From the NCBI GenBank assembly GCA_965649855.1, contig CBFGMM010000001.1, positions 27,600-91,599 of the forward strand: a stretch of 64,000 bases of DNA, read 5' to 3'. Under the pieces are notes generated by a model. That model saw only the letters and a list, made by a program, of their open reading frames with translations, was not told the origin of the DNA and searched no databases. The stretch is from an uncultured Thermomonas sp. Lineage in GTDB: Bacteria; Pseudomonadota; Gammaproteobacteria; Xanthomonadales; Xanthomonadaceae. Position numbers and translations under genes: made by a program. Of the stretch, positions 42,513-52,671 are shown one piece after another. Positions within the stretch are counted from its first letter, which is position 1. Every line of letters starts with the position of its first letter.

Positions 42513-42513
42513 G

Positions 42514-43749
42514 GTGCAGGCGCGCAGGCGCGGCGCGGCGCCGCCGATCGAACGCGACGCCGCGGCCGGCCCGCACCCGCTGGGCATGCCGGCCGAGGAC
42601 TTCCTGCGCGACTACTGGCAAAAGCGCCCGCTGCTGGTGCGCAATGCGTTTCCCGGGCTGGCGGCGCCGCTGCAGCCCGAGGACCTGGCCGGGTTGGCCT
42701 GCGAGGACGGCGTGCTCGCGCGGATCGTCGAGCACGACCGCGCGGCGGATGGGTGGCGCGTGCGCCATGGCCCGTTCGCCGAGGCCGACTTCCCGGGCAT
42801 GCCCGACCACGACTGGACCCTGCTGGTGCAGGACGTGGACAAGTGGGACGCGGACGTGCGCGCGCTGCTGGAGGCCTTCCGCTTCCTGCCCAGCTGGCGG
42901 GTGGACGACGTGATGGTCAGCTTCGCCGCCACCGGCGGTTCGGTGGGCGCGCACGTCGACCAGTACGACGTCTTCCTGCTGCAGGGCCAGGGCCGGCGCC
43001 GCTGGCAGGTCGATGCGCGGCCGGATGCGCCGAGCGCCTTCCGCGACGACGTGGAACTGCGGCTGCTGCGCGACTTCGCGCCCAGCCACGACTGGGTCCT
43101 GGCGCCCGGCGACATGCTCTACCTGCCGCCCGGCGTGCCGCACCACGGGGTGGCGCTGGATCCGTGCCTCACCTTCTCGATCGGCATGCGCGCGCCCAGC
43201 GCGGCGGAGCTGCTGGGCGACCTGGTGGACACCCTCGCCGCCGAAGCGCCCGACGCGCTGCGCTACCGCGACCCGGACCTGGCCGTGCCCGCGGATCCGC
43301 ATCAGATCGACGAAAGCGCGCTGCGCCGCGTGGCCGAGGCGGTGAACGCGCTGCGCACCGACGATCCCGATCGCCTGGGGGACTGGTTCGGCGGGTTCAT
43401 CACCACCTACCGCAGCGCGGTGCTGCCCGCGGCGGGCGCGCAACCCCGGCCACGCATCGAGGTCGAATGGGACCTGGCCCACGGCGGCGCGTTGCTGCGC
43501 CATCCGTGGTCGCGCATGGCCTGGCGCAAGGCCGCCAGGGGCTCGGGCGCAGCGGCCGCGCGGCTCTACGCGGGCGGGGCTGCGCATGCGATGCCGGCGG
43601 CGGACGCCAGGCGCCTGGCGGCAGCCGACACGGTCGACGGGGCGCTGTACGACAGGCTGTCCGCTGCGGGTCGGGACGCGGCGATCGCCCTGCTGGAGGC
43701 CGGCCACTACCGCCTGCGGGCCACGGAGGACGAGGACGAGGAACCATGA
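42514..43749 (+). CDS. JmjC/cupin-4 domain protein, RoxA(YcfD)-like ribosomal protein oxygenase
   Basis: FLRDYWQKRPLLVRNAF, GGSVGAHVDQYDVFLLQGQGRRRW (HxD iron site), GDMLYLPPGVPHHG. The GTG at 42514 has a GGGAGA SD within the purB end. An alternative ATG lies at 42586. Confidence 0.75.
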   Translation: MQARRRGAAPPIERDAAAGPHPLGMPAEDFLRDYWQKRPLLVRNAFPGLAAPLQPEDLAGLACEDGVLARIVEHDRAADGWRVRHGPFAEADFPGMPDHDWTLLVQDVDKWDADVRALLEAFRFLPSWRVDDVMVSFAATGGSVGAHVDQYDVFLLQGQGRRRWQVDARPDAPSAFRDDVELRLLRDFAPSHDWVLAPGDMLYLPPGVPHHGVALDPCLTFSIGMRAPSAAELLGDLVDTLAAEAPDALRYRDPDLAVPADPHQIDESALRRVAEAVNALRTDDPDRLGDWFGGFITTYRSAVLPAAGAQPRPRIEVEWDLAHGGALLRHPWSRMAWRKAARGSGAAAARLYAGGAAHAMPAADARRLAAADTVDGALYDRLSAAGRDAAIALLEAGHYRLRATEDEDEEP

Positions 43750-44669
43750 CCCGCGGCGACCCCACCCTCCAGCCGTTCCGCGTGCAGGTCGTGGACTTCC
43801 AGTCCGCGCTGGCCGAATTGCGCGGGGTGCGCGACGAGGTCTTCGTCGCCGAACAGGGCGTGCCCGTGGAGATCGAGCACGATGCGCTGGACCCGGCCTG
43901 CACCCACGTGCTGGCCCGGCTGCTGGACGGCACGCCGGTCGGCACCGCGCGCCTGACCCCGGACCGCCACATCGGGCGGATGGCGGTACGCGCGCCGTGG
44001 CGCGGCCGCGGGGTGGGCGATGCGCTGCTGCTGGCGCTGGTCGACGAAGCGCTGCGCCGCGGCTGGCCGGACGTGCGCCTGAATTCCCAGGTCGGCGCAC
44101 TGGGTTTCTACGAGCGGCACGGGTTCCAGCCCGAAGGCGACCGCTTCATGGAGGCCGGCATCGCGCACCAGGCGATGGTGCGCACGCTGCAGGGTCCGCT
44201 GCGGATCGAGGACCGCGAGGCCGGCGTGGAGATCGCCTGCAGGATCGTGGCGGCGGCGCGCCGCACGCTCTGGATCAGGAGCCACGCGCTGGATCCCTGG
44301 CTGTTCGACGCCGCGCCGGTGCTGGAGGCGCTGCGTGGCTTCGCCACCGGCGGGCGCGGCAACCAGGTCCGGATCCTGCTGCACGACGCGGCCGCGCCGC
44401 AGCGCGCGCACGCCCCCCTGCTGGCGCTGGCCCAGCGCCTGCCCAGCATCTTCGCCTTCCGCGAGCTGCAGGACCCGGTGGACCGCAACGACCCGGCCGC
44501 GTTCCTCGCCAGCGATGCCGGCGGCTACTACCTGCGCAGCCTGGGCCAGCGGGTGGACGGGGAAGCCGAACTGCACGCCCCGGCCCGTGTGCGCCAGCTG
44601 CGCGCCGCGCACGACGACGCATGGGAGCGCGCCCGCGCCGTGGGCGAATACCGCGCGCTCGGCATCTAG
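43746..44669 (+). CDS. GNAT N-acetyltransferase with an about 150 aa C-terminal domain of unknown function
   Basis: The N-terminal half carries RMAVRAPWRGRGVGDALLLALVDEA...FYERHGF (acetyl-CoA motif A). I do not recognise the C-terminal half (RTLWIRSHALDPWLFD...). ATGA overlaps the cupin gene. Confidence 0.75.
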   Translation: MTRGDPTLQPFRVQVVDFQSALAELRGVRDEVFVAEQGVPVEIEHDALDPACTHVLARLLDGTPVGTARLTPDRHIGRMAVRAPWRGRGVGDALLLALVDEALRRGWPDVRLNSQVGALGFYERHGFQPEGDRFMEAGIAHQAMVRTLQGPLRIEDREAGVEIACRIVAAARRTLWIRSHALDPWLFDAAPVLEALRGFATGGRGNQVRILLHDAAAPQRAHAPLLALAQRLPSIFAFRELQDPVDRNDPAAFLASDAGGYYLRSLGQRVDGEAELHAPARVRQLRAAHDDAWERARAVGEYRALGI

Positions 44670-44712
44670 GCGGCCACGCCCGCGCGTGATGCGGTGCGCA
44701 ACGCGCTGCGGC

Positions 44713-44718
44713 TATAAT
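44713..44718 (+). promoter_or_regulatory. perfect -10 hexamer TATAAT upstream of sucA (about 85 nt leader)
   Basis: The sequence reads gcggcTATAATtccgg. I see no good -35. Confidence 0.35.
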
Positions 44719-44810
44719 TCCGGTTCTTTCGGGCGGCCATTCAGCGTGCGCCCGGCGCACGCCAAAGATCTTCCTGATCAATCACTTATCGTAAGGCCGC
44801 TAGCCACGCC

Positions 44811-47642
44811 ATGGTGGACAGTCTCCTGAAACAGTTTGCCCGGTCCTCGCAACTCGGCGCCAACGGCGCCTACATCGAGGACCTCTACGAGCAATACCTG
44901 GTCGCGCCCGACAGCCTGGACGCGAAATGGCGCCACTACTTCGACGGCCTGGCGGCGGGCGACGGCAAGCCGGCCGACGTGCCGCATTCGGCGGTGATCG
45001 CGCAGATCGCGGAGGCGGGCCGGCAGGCCGCGCGCGGCAACCTGGCGGGCGGTGGCGACGAGCGCGAGCGCCAGGTCGGCCGCCTGATCACCGCCTACCG
45101 CTCGCGCGGGCACCTGGCCGCCGACATCGATCCGCTGGGCCTGCTGCAGAAGCCGGATGCGCCGGACCTGGAACTGGCCTTCCACGGCCTGTCGGACAAG
45201 GACCTGGGCACCGACTTCAGCACCGGCGGCGTGGGCGGGCACGAGCGCCTGAAGCTGGGCGACCTGCTGGCCCTGCTCAAGCGCACCTATACCGGCTCGA
45301 TCGGCAGCGAGTTCATGCACATCAGCGACGCCGAGCAGCGCCGCTGGCTCTACGAGCGCCTGGAAACGGCCGGGGGCCGCCACGTGCGCCCGGTGGAGGA
45401 ACGCAAGCGGATCCTGGAACGGCTGACCGCCGCGGACGGCTTGGAGCGCTACCTCGGGACCAAGTACGTCGGCCAGAAGCGCTTCTCGCTGGAGGGCGGC
45501 GATGCGCTGATCCCGCTGATGGACGCCACCGTCCGGCGCGCCGGCCTGCAGGGCGCGAAGGAGGTCGTGGTCGGGATGGCCCACCGCGGCCGCCTCAACG
45601 TGCTGGTCAACACCCTGGGCAAGCCGCCGCGCCAGCTGTTCGACGAGTTCGAGGGCAAGTTCGAGCACGTGCACAGCGACCTGGCGCACCAGGGCGACGT
45701 GAAGTACCACATGGGCTTTTCCGCCGACGTGGCCACGCCCGGCGGCTCGGTGCACCTGGCGCTGGCGTTCAACCCGTCGCACCTGGAGATCGTGGACCCG
45801 GTGGTGGCCGGCTCGGTGCGCTCGCGCCAGGTCCGCCGCGGCGAGCGGGGCCGCGAGCAGGTGTTGCCGATCCTGATCCATGGCGATGCCGCGTTCGCCG
45901 GCCAGGGCGTGGTGATGGAGCTGTTCCAGATGTCGCAGGCGCGCGGGTTCGCGGTCGGCGGCACGCTGCACGTCGTGATCAACAACCAGGTCGGCTTCAC
46001 CACCAGCGAGCGCCAGGACGCGCGCTCCACGCTGTACTGCACCGACGTGGCCAAGATGGTCGATGCGCCGGTCCTGCACGTGAACGGCGACGATCCCGAC
46101 GCGGTGGTGTTCTGCGCCGAGCTGGCGCTGGACTTCCGCAACACGTTCCACAAGGACGTGGTGATCGACCTGGTCTGCTACCGCCGGCACGGCCACAACG
46201 AGGCCGACGAACCCGCGGCCACCCAGCCGCTGATGTACCAGGTGATCCGCAAGCACAAGACGCCGCGCGAGCTGTACGCCGCGCGCCTGGTCGCGGACGG
46301 CGCGATCGCCGAGGCCGACGCGCAGGCACTGGTGGACGCCTACCGCGACAAGCTGGACGCGGGCGCCATCACCACCGAGGTGGTGGCGGTGAAACCGGAC
46401 GAGTTCACGGTCGACTGGTCAGGGTACCTGAAGGGCCGCCTGGACGACGCGGTGGACACCGCCTTCGACGGCGCGCGCCTGCGCGAGCTGGCCATCGCCA
46501 TCAACGACGTGCCGGGCGAGCTCAAGCTGCACCCGCGCGTGGCCAAGATCTACGAGGACCGCCGCAGGATGGCGGCAGGCGAGCTGCCGGCCGACTGGGG
46601 CTTTGCCGAGAACCTGGCCTACGCGACGCTGCTGGACGAGGGTTTCCGGCTGCGACTGGTCGGCCAGGACTGCGGCCGCGGCACCTTCTTCCACCGCCAC
46701 GCGGTGCTGCACGAGCAGACCCGCGACGAGTACGTGCTGCCGCTGCGCCGCCTGGTGGACAAGCCCGCGGACGTGGTCATCATCGATTCGCTGCTGAGCG
46801 AGGAAGCGGTGATGGCGTTCGAGTACGGCTACGCCACCGCCGACCCGATGACCCTGGACATCTGGGAGGCGCAGTTCGGCGACTTCGCCAACGGCGCGCA
46901 GGTGGTGATCGACCAGTTCCTCTCCTCCGGCGAGGCCAAGTGGGGCCGCCTGTGCGGGCTCACGCTGCTGTTGCCGCACGGCTACGAGGGGCAAGGCCCG
47001 GAGCACAGTTCCGCGCGCCTGGAGCGCTTCCTGCAGCTGTGCGCGCTGGACAACATGATCGTGTGCGCGCCCACCACGCCGGCGCAGGACTTCCACATGA
47101 CCCGCCGGCAGATGCGCATGCGCACGCGCAAGCCGCTGGTGGTGATGACGCCGAAGTCGCTGCTGCGCCACAAGCTGGCGGTGTCCAGCCTGGACGAGCT
47201 GGCCGGCGGCCGGTTCCAGCGGCTGATCCCCGACACCACCGCCAGCGCGAAGAAGCCGCGGCGCGTGGTGGTCTGCTCCGGCAAGGTCTACTACGACCTG
47301 CTGGAGGAGGCGCAGAAGCAGGGCCTGAAGGACGTGGCGCTGGTCCGCGTGGAGCAGCTCTACCCCTTCCCGCGGCCGGAACTGAAGGCCGAACTCAAGC
47401 GCCTGGGCCCGGCCGCGGAAGTGGTCTGGTGCCAGGAAGAGCCGCAGAACCAGGGGGCGTGGTACCAGATCCGCCACCACCTGCAGGCCTGCCTGGCGCC
47501 GAAGCAGACGCTGCACTATGCGGGGCGCCCGCGCTCGCCCTCGCCCGCCGTCGGCCATTTCGCCGACCACGTGCGCGAGCAGAACGCGCTGGTCGCCGAC
47601 GCGCTGAACAACCCGGCGGTCGTCGACATCAGCGACGAATAG
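44811..47642 (+). CDS. sucA: 2-oxoglutarate dehydrogenase E1 component
   Basis: 943 aa with [30 protein letters not shown]..., [39 protein letters not shown]. Confidence 0.95.
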   Translation: MVDSLLKQFARSSQLGANGAYIEDLYEQYLVAPDSLDAKWRHYFDGLAAGDGKPADVPHSAVIAQIAEAGRQAARGNLAGGGDERERQVGRLITAYRSRGHLAADIDPLGLLQKPDAPDLELAFHGLSDKDLGTDFSTGGVGGHERLKLGDLLALLKRTYTGSIGSEFMHISDAEQRRWLYERLETAGGRHVRPVEERKRILERLTAADGLERYLGTKYVGQKRFSLEGGDALIPLMDATVRRAGLQGAKEVVVGMAHRGRLNVLVNTLGKPPRQLFDEFEGKFEHVHSDLAHQGDVKYHMGFSADVATPGGSVHLALAFNPSHLEIVDPVVAGSVRSRQVRRGERGREQVLPILIHGDAAFAGQGVVMELFQMSQARGFAVGGTLHVVINNQVGFTTSERQDARSTLYCTDVAKMVDAPVLHVNGDDPDAVVFCAELALDFRNTFHKDVVIDLVCYRRHGHNEADEPAATQPLMYQVIRKHKTPRELYAARLVADGAIAEADAQALVDAYRDKLDAGAITTEVVAVKPDEFTVDWSGYLKGRLDDAVDTAFDGARLRELAIAINDVPGELKLHPRVAKIYEDRRRMAAGELPADWGFAENLAYATLLDEGFRLRLVGQDCGRGTFFHRHAVLHEQTRDEYVLPLRRLVDKPADVVIIDSLLSEEAVMAFEYGYATADPMTLDIWEAQFGDFANGAQVVIDQFLSSGEAKWGRLCGLTLLLPHGYEGQGPEHSSARLERFLQLCALDNMIVCAPTTPAQDFHMTRRQMRMRTRKPLVVMTPKSLLRHKLAVSSLDELAGGRFQRLIPDTTASAKKPRRVVVCSGKVYYDLLEEAQKQGLKDVALVRVEQLYPFPRPELKAELKRLGPAAEVVWCQEEPQNQGAWYQIRHHLQACLAPKQTLHYAGRPRSPSPAVGHFADHVREQNALVADALNNPAVVDISDE

Positions 47643-47686
47643 CCCGAACACGCCACTTCCAAACGCATTCCAGACAGGACGCCTCC

Positions 47687-48928
47687 ATGGCCATCGAAGT
47701 CAAAGTTCCGGTTCTCCCCGAGTCCGTCTCGGACGCCACCATCGCCGGCTGGCACAAGCAGGTGGGCGATGCGGTCAAGCGCGACGAGAACCTGGTCGAC
47801 CTGGAGACCGACAAGGTGGTCCTGGAAGTGCCCTCGCCGGTCGATGGCGTGCTGAAGTCGATCGCCTTCGAGCAGGGCGCCACCGTCAACAGCCAGCAGG
47901 TCATCGCGGTGATCGACGAAGGCGCGGTGGCCGACGCGAAGCCCGCTGCCGCCGCAGCGCCCGCCAAGGACGCGCCCGCGGCCGGCGCGCAGGAAGTGCA
48001 GCCCAAGGCCGAGGCGGCCAAGGCGCAGGCGTCCGCGCCGGCCAGCACCGCGCCGGCCCCGGTCGGCGGCAGCGCGGCCGCGGAGGCCCTGCCACCCGGC
48101 GCCCGTTTCGCCGCCACCACCTCCGGCGTGGATCCCACGCAGGTAGAAGGCACCGGCCGCCGCGGCATGGTCACCAAGGAGGACATCGTCAACTACGCCA
48201 GCGGCAAGACCGCCGGCGGCGGCGGCGCGCGCCCGGAAGAGCGCGTGCCGATGACCCGCATGCGCACCCGCATCGCCGAGCGCCTGATGCAGTCCAAGAA
48301 CTCCATCGCCATGCTGACCTCGTTCAACGAGGTCAACCTGGGCAAGGTCATGGCGATGCGCAAGGAGCTGGGCGAGGCCTTCGAAAAGGCCAACGGCGTC
48401 AAGCTCGGCTTCATGGGCTTCTTCGCCAAGGCCGCCGCGAACGCGCTGCAGCGCCATCCGATCGTCAACGCCTCGGTCGACGGCAACGACGTGATCTACC
48501 ACGGGTATGCCGACATCAGCATCGCGGTGTCCACCGACAAGGGCCTGGTGACGCCGGTGCTGCGCAACGTCGAGCGCATGTCGTTCGCCGATATCGAAAA
48601 GGGCATCGGCGAGTACGCGAAGAAGGCGCGCGAGGGCAAGCTCGGCCTTGACGACCTGCAGGGCGGCACCTTCACCATCACCAACGGCGGCACCTTCGGC
48701 TCGCTGATGTCCACGCCCATCGTGAACCCGCCGCAGAGCGCGATCCTGGGCATGCATGCGATCAAGGAACGCGCCATCGTCGAGAACGGCCAGGTGGTGG
48801 CCGCGCCGATGATGTACATCGCGCTCTCCTACGACCACCGCATCATCGACGGCAAGGACGCGGTGCTGTTCCTGGTCGACATCAAGAACCAGCTCGAGAA
48901 CCCGCACCGGATGCTGCTGGGCATGTGA
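47687..48928 (+). CDS. sucB: dihydrolipoyllysine-residue succinyltransferase (E2o)
   Basis: It has a lipoyl domain ([16 protein letters not shown]), an Ala/Pro linker and a catalytic domain (...[14 protein letters not shown]). Confidence 0.95.
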   Translation: MAIEVKVPVLPESVSDATIAGWHKQVGDAVKRDENLVDLETDKVVLEVPSPVDGVLKSIAFEQGATVNSQQVIAVIDEGAVADAKPAAAAAPAKDAPAAGAQEVQPKAEAAKAQASAPASTAPAPVGGSAAAEALPPGARFAATTSGVDPTQVEGTGRRGMVTKEDIVNYASGKTAGGGGARPEERVPMTRMRTRIAERLMQSKNSIAMLTSFNEVNLGKVMAMRKELGEAFEKANGVKLGFMGFFAKAAANALQRHPIVNASVDGNDVIYHGYADISIAVSTDKGLVTPVLRNVERMSFADIEKGIGEYAKKAREGKLGLDDLQGGTFTITNGGTFGSLMSTPIVNPPQSAILGMHAIKERAIVENGQVVAAPMMYIALSYDHRIIDGKDAVLFLVDIKNQLENPHRMLLGM

Positions 48929-48983
48929 CCGCACGAAGCCCCGCGATGCGGGGCTTCCTGTTTGAACCAGAGGACGAAGCGCA

Positions 48984-50411
48984 ATGAGCGAAGTACAGAA
49001 GTTCGACGTGGTGGTGATCGGCGCCGGCCCGGCCGGCTACCACGCCGCGATCCGCGCCGCGCAGCTGGGCCTGAAGACGGCCTGCATCGACGCGGCGCTG
49101 GGCAAGGACGGCAAGCCGGCGCTCGGCGGCACCTGCCTGCGCGTGGGCTGCATCCCGTCCAAGGCGCTGCTGGATTCCAGCCGCCAGTTCTGGAACATGG
49201 GCCACCTGTTCGACCAGCACGGCATCAGCTTCGAGAAGCCGGCGATCGACGTGAAGAAGATGGTCGCCCGCAAGGACGGCATCGTGAAGCAGTTCACCGG
49301 CGGCATCGCCGCGCTGTTCAAGGCGAACAAGGTGACGCCGTATTACGGCTTCGGGCAGCTGCAGCCGGGCAACATCGTCAAGGTCAGGCAGCACGACGGC
49401 ACCGAGGTCGAACTGCACGGTGCCAACGTGGTCATCGCGGCCGGTTCGGACTCCATCGAGCTGCCGTTCGCCAAGTTCGGCGAGCACATCATCGACAACG
49501 TCGGCGCGCTGGACCTGGAAGCCGTGCCCAGGCGCCTGGGCGTGATCGGCGCCGGCGTGATCGGGCTGGAACTGGGCAGCGTGTGGAAGCGCCTGGGCGC
49601 CGAGGTGACCATCCTCGAAGGCCTGCCGAACTTCCTGGCCGCCGCCGATGCCGAAGTGGCCAAGGTCGCGGCGCGCGAGTTCAAGAAGCAGGGCCTGGAC
49701 ATCCGGCTGGGCTGCAAGGTCAGCAATGCCGAAGTGAAGAAGGATGGCGTCCACGTCAGCTACACCGACGACAAGGGCGAGCAGACCATCGTGGTCGACA
49801 AGCTGCTGGTGGCCGTGGGCCGTCGCGCCGCGACCAAGGGCCTGCTGGCCGACGGCACCGGCGTGAAGCTCACGGATCGCGGGCTGGTCGAGGTCGACGC
49901 GCACTGCCACACCGGCGTCGACGGCGTGTGGGCGGTCGGCGACTGCGTGCGCGGGCCGATGCTGGCGCACAAGGGCTTCGAGGAAGGCATCGCGGTGGCG
50001 GAGCTGATCGCCGGCCTGCCCGGCCACGTCAATTTCGACACCATCCCGTGGGTGATCTACACCGAGCCGGAGATCGCCTGGGTGGGCAAGACCGAGGAGC
50101 AGCTGAAGGCCGAGGGCACGCCGTACAAGGCCGGCAGCTTCCCGTTCGCGGCGGTCGGCCGCGCGGTGGCGATGGCCGAGCCGGCGGGCTTCGTGAAGGT
50201 GCTGGCGCATGCCGAGACCGACACCATCCTGGGCATGCACCTGGTCGGGGTGAACGTCTCCGAGCTGGTCCACGAGGGCGTGCTGGCGATGGAGTTCAAG
50301 GGCAGCGCGGACGACCTCGCGCGGATCTGCCACGCGCACCCGTCGCTGTCCGAAGCCGTGCACGACGCCGCGATGGCGGTGCACAAGCGGGCGATCCACA
50401 AGGCGAACTGA
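48984..50411 (+). CDS. lpdA: dihydrolipoyl dehydrogenase (E3)
   Basis: VVVIGAGPAGYHAAIRAAQLG, GGTCLRVGCIPSKALL (redox disulfide), HAHPSLSEA. Confidence 0.95.
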   Translation: MSEVQKFDVVVIGAGPAGYHAAIRAAQLGLKTACIDAALGKDGKPALGGTCLRVGCIPSKALLDSSRQFWNMGHLFDQHGISFEKPAIDVKKMVARKDGIVKQFTGGIAALFKANKVTPYYGFGQLQPGNIVKVRQHDGTEVELHGANVVIAAGSDSIELPFAKFGEHIIDNVGALDLEAVPRRLGVIGAGVIGLELGSVWKRLGAEVTILEGLPNFLAAADAEVAKVAAREFKKQGLDIRLGCKVSNAEVKKDGVHVSYTDDKGEQTIVVDKLLVAVGRRAATKGLLADGTGVKLTDRGLVEVDAHCHTGVDGVWAVGDCVRGPMLAHKGFEEGIAVAELIAGLPGHVNFDTIPWVIYTEPEIAWVGKTEEQLKAEGTPYKAGSFPFAAVGRAVAMAEPAGFVKVLAHAETDTILGMHLVGVNVSELVHEGVLAMEFKGSADDLARICHAHPSLSEAVHDAAMAVHKRAIHKAN

Positions 50412-50427
50412 GTACGCGGGGTTCCCC

Positions 50428-50558
50428 GTAGGAGCGCACCGCAGGGGCGCGAACGGTCTCGTTGCGGACGCAGCGCGCCGCGGGCACCCCTTCGGGGCGC
50501 GCGTACGACACAGATGTGACGCGGTTGTCGCGATCGCGCCCCTGCGGTGCGCTCCTAC
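50428..50558. repeat. inverted pair of GTAG-type REP-like elements (BIME-like) after lpdA
   Basis: GTAGGAGCGCACCGCAGGGGCGCGA (50428-50452) and its exact reverse complement (50534-50558) are separated by 81 nt. The spacer contains a further GC hairpin (CACCCCTTCGGGGCG). Confidence 0.6.
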
Positions 50559-50608
50559 AGTGATGAAAGGCCGCGCCTTGTGACCGTCGAATTCCGCGTT
50601 CCTCGCGC

Positions 50609-50614
50609 GATAAT
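50609..50614 (+). promoter_or_regulatory. -10 element GATAAT located 6 nt upstream of the LOG-family ATG (predicted leaderless start)
   Basis: The sequence reads cgcGATAATcgagccATG, with no SD. Confidence 0.45.
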
Positions 50615-50620
50615 CGAGCC

Positions 50621-51232
50621 ATGAAAACACTCTGCGTCTACTGCGGCTCCAACGCCGGCAGCGATCCTGCGTATGCCGCCCAGGCTCGGGCGCTCGGCAG
50701 CCGCCTGGCCGCCGACGGCATCGCCCTGGTCTACGGCGGCGGCAACGTGGGCCTGATGGGCATCGTGGCGGACGCGGTGCTGGAGGCCGGCGGCCAGGTC
50801 ATCGGCGTGATCCCCCAGCAGCTGGTGGACTGGGAGGTCGCGCACCGCGGCGTGACCCGGCTGGAGGTCGTCGATTCCATGCATGCGCGCAAGGCGCGGA
50901 TGTTCGACTTGTCGGACGGCTTCGTCGCCCTGCCGGGCGGCTTCGGCACGCTGGACGAGATGTTCGAGATGCTGACGTGGCGCCAGCTCGGCCTGGGGCA
51001 GAAGCCCTGCGCCTTCCTCGACGTGGGCGGCTTCTGGCAGCCGCTGATGGCGATGCTGGACAGCATGGTCCGCGAGCGCTTCCTGCACGCGGACCAGCGC
51101 AACGATCTGTGGCACGGCGACGACATCGATGCCCTGCTCGCCTGGATGCGCGGCTACGTGCCCGCGCAGGCCGACAAGTGGCTGGACGAGAAGCGCCGCA
51201 GCCAGCTGCGGCTCACCACGGAGGACGTATGA
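50621..51232 (+). CDS. LOG-family (TIGR00730) nucleotide 5'-monophosphate nucleosidase / cytokinin riboside 5'-monophosphate phosphoribohydrolase
   Basis: MKTLCVYCGSNAG..., LVYGGGNVGLMG, ALPGGFGTLDEMFE (PGGxGTxxE). Confidence 0.85.
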   Translation: MKTLCVYCGSNAGSDPAYAAQARALGSRLAADGIALVYGGGNVGLMGIVADAVLEAGGQVIGVIPQQLVDWEVAHRGVTRLEVVDSMHARKARMFDLSDGFVALPGGFGTLDEMFEMLTWRQLGLGQKPCAFLDVGGFWQPLMAMLDSMVRERFLHADQRNDLWHGDDIDALLAWMRGYVPAQADKWLDEKRRSQLRLTTEDV

Positions 51233-52221
51233 GCATCCCCGCGACCTTCCACGCATTCCGCATCCACGACGACGACGCCGGTTACCGCAGCGGGATCGAG
51301 GCGATCGCGCTGGACGACCTGAATCCCGGCGAGGTGGTGGTCAAGGCCGCCTATTCCTCGGTCAACTACAAGGACGCGCTGGCGGGTACCGGACGCGGCA
51401 AGATCCTGCGGCGCTTCCCGCTGGTCGGCGGCATCGACGTGGCCGGCCACGTGGTGGCATCGACCGATCCGGCGCTGCGGGAAGGCGACGCGGTGCTGGT
51501 CACCGGCAGCGGCCTGTCCGAGACCCGCGACGGGGGGTACGGCGAGTACGCGCGCCTGGAGTCGCGCTGGGTGGTCCCCCTGCCCGCGGGCCTGAGCCTG
51601 CGCGAATCGATGATCCTGGGCACCGCCGGCTTCACCGCGGCGCTGGCCCTGCTGCGCATGACCGAGAACCGGCAGTCCCCCGACCTCGGCCCGCTGGCCG
51701 TCACCGGCGCCACCGGTGGCGTGGGTTCGCTGGCGATCGCGATCTTCCGCAAGGCCGGCTTCGACGTGCACGCGGTCAGCGGCAAGCCGGAGCATGCCGA
51801 CTACCTGCGCGCCCTGGGTGCCAGCGAGGTACTGGGCCGCGACGCGCTGTCGACGACCTCGCCCATGGCGTCCGCGCGCTTCGGTGGCGGCCTGGACAAC
51901 GTGGGCGGGCCGATGCTGGCCAGCCTGCTGGCGCAGACCGCGCCGTACGGCAACGTCGCCAGCGCCGGCCTGGCGGCCACCCACGAACTGTCGACCACGG
52001 TGATGCCCTTCATCATCCGCGGCGTGTCGCTGCTGGGCGTGGCGTCCGCCGGCACCGCGCGCGACATCCGCGACGAAGTCTGGCGCCGGCTCGCGGCGGA
52101 GTGGAAACCGGACCGGCTGGATGCGGTCTGCACGCGGGAGGTGGGGCTGGACGGGTTGCCGGACGTGTTCGCCGGCATGCTGGCCGGCGGTTCGCTGGGC
52201 CGCACCCTGGTCCGCCTCTGA
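51229..52221 (+). CDS. YhdH/AcuI-type MDR oxidoreductase (acrylyl-CoA reductase-like)
   Basis: SSVNYKDALAGTGRGKILRRFPLVGGIDVAG, GTAGFTAALAL, VTGATGGVGSLAI. ATGA overlaps the LOG gene. Confidence 0.8.
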   Translation: MSIPATFHAFRIHDDDAGYRSGIEAIALDDLNPGEVVVKAAYSSVNYKDALAGTGRGKILRRFPLVGGIDVAGHVVASTDPALREGDAVLVTGSGLSETRDGGYGEYARLESRWVVPLPAGLSLRESMILGTAGFTAALALLRMTENRQSPDLGPLAVTGATGGVGSLAIAIFRKAGFDVHAVSGKPEHADYLRALGASEVLGRDALSTTSPMASARFGGGLDNVGGPMLASLLAQTAPYGNVASAGLAATHELSTTVMPFIIRGVSLLGVASAGTARDIRDEVWRRLAAEWKPDRLDAVCTREVGLDGLPDVFAGMLAGGSLGRTLVRL

Positions 52222-52235
52222 GCCGCGATGACGGC

Positions 52236-52263
52236 TTGCGGGGCGGCGGCCGCCCGTTACAAT
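52236..52263 (+). promoter_or_regulatory. candidate sigma70 promoter TTGCGG-N16-TACAAT for the response regulator gene
   Basis: TTGCGG lies at 52236-52241 and TACAAT at 52258-52263, giving a 24 nt leader with a GGGGGA SD. Confidence 0.45.
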
Positions 52264-52287
52264 CGGCAAGACCCCGGGGGACCCTGA

Positions 52288-52671
52288 ATGGCACGCATCC
52301 TGATCGTCGACGATTCCCCTTCTCAGCTGATGGGCATCCGCCGCATCGTAGAAAAACTGGGCCATGACGCACTGACCGCCGAGGACGGGGCCGCCGGCGT
52401 GGAAGCCGCGAAGCGCGAAGTGCCGGACCTGATCCTGATGGACGTGGTGATGCCGAACCTCAACGGGTTCCAGGCCACGCGGTCGATCACCCGCGACCCG
52501 CTGACCAAGCACATCCCCGTGGTGCTGGTGACCACCAAGGACCAGGACACCGACCGGGTCTGGGGCATGCGCCAGGGCGCCAAGGCCTACATCACCAAGC
52601 CCTTCAGCGAGTCCGAGCTGTCCGAGCTGATCCTCCAGCACCTGGGCGAAGGGGCGGCGCCGGCCGCCTGA
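52288..52671 (+). CDS. single-domain CheY-like response regulator (PilH/PilG-like, orphan)
   Basis: MARILIVDDSPSQL..., DLILMDVVMPNLNGF (phospho-Asp), ...VTTKDQ..., AYITKPF. Confidence 0.85.
   Translation: MARILIVDDSPSQLMGIRRIVEKLGHDALTAEDGAAGVEAAKREVPDLILMDVVMPNLNGFQATRSITRDPLTKHIPVVLVTTKDQDTDRVWGMRQGAKAYITKPFSESELSELILQHLGEGAAPAA

Noticed and set aside
44927-48928. A 1333-aa plus-strand ORF, with similar long out-of-frame ORFs at 5655-7685, 8936-10987 and 25368-27467.
   Set aside because: These are alternative frames that stay open through the upstream gene. They only become the true reading frame near their 3' part (sucB from 47687, can from 7023, kynU from 9710, metH-N from 26352). The upstream portions are Arg/Pro/Gly-rich and overlap genuine genes in another frame.
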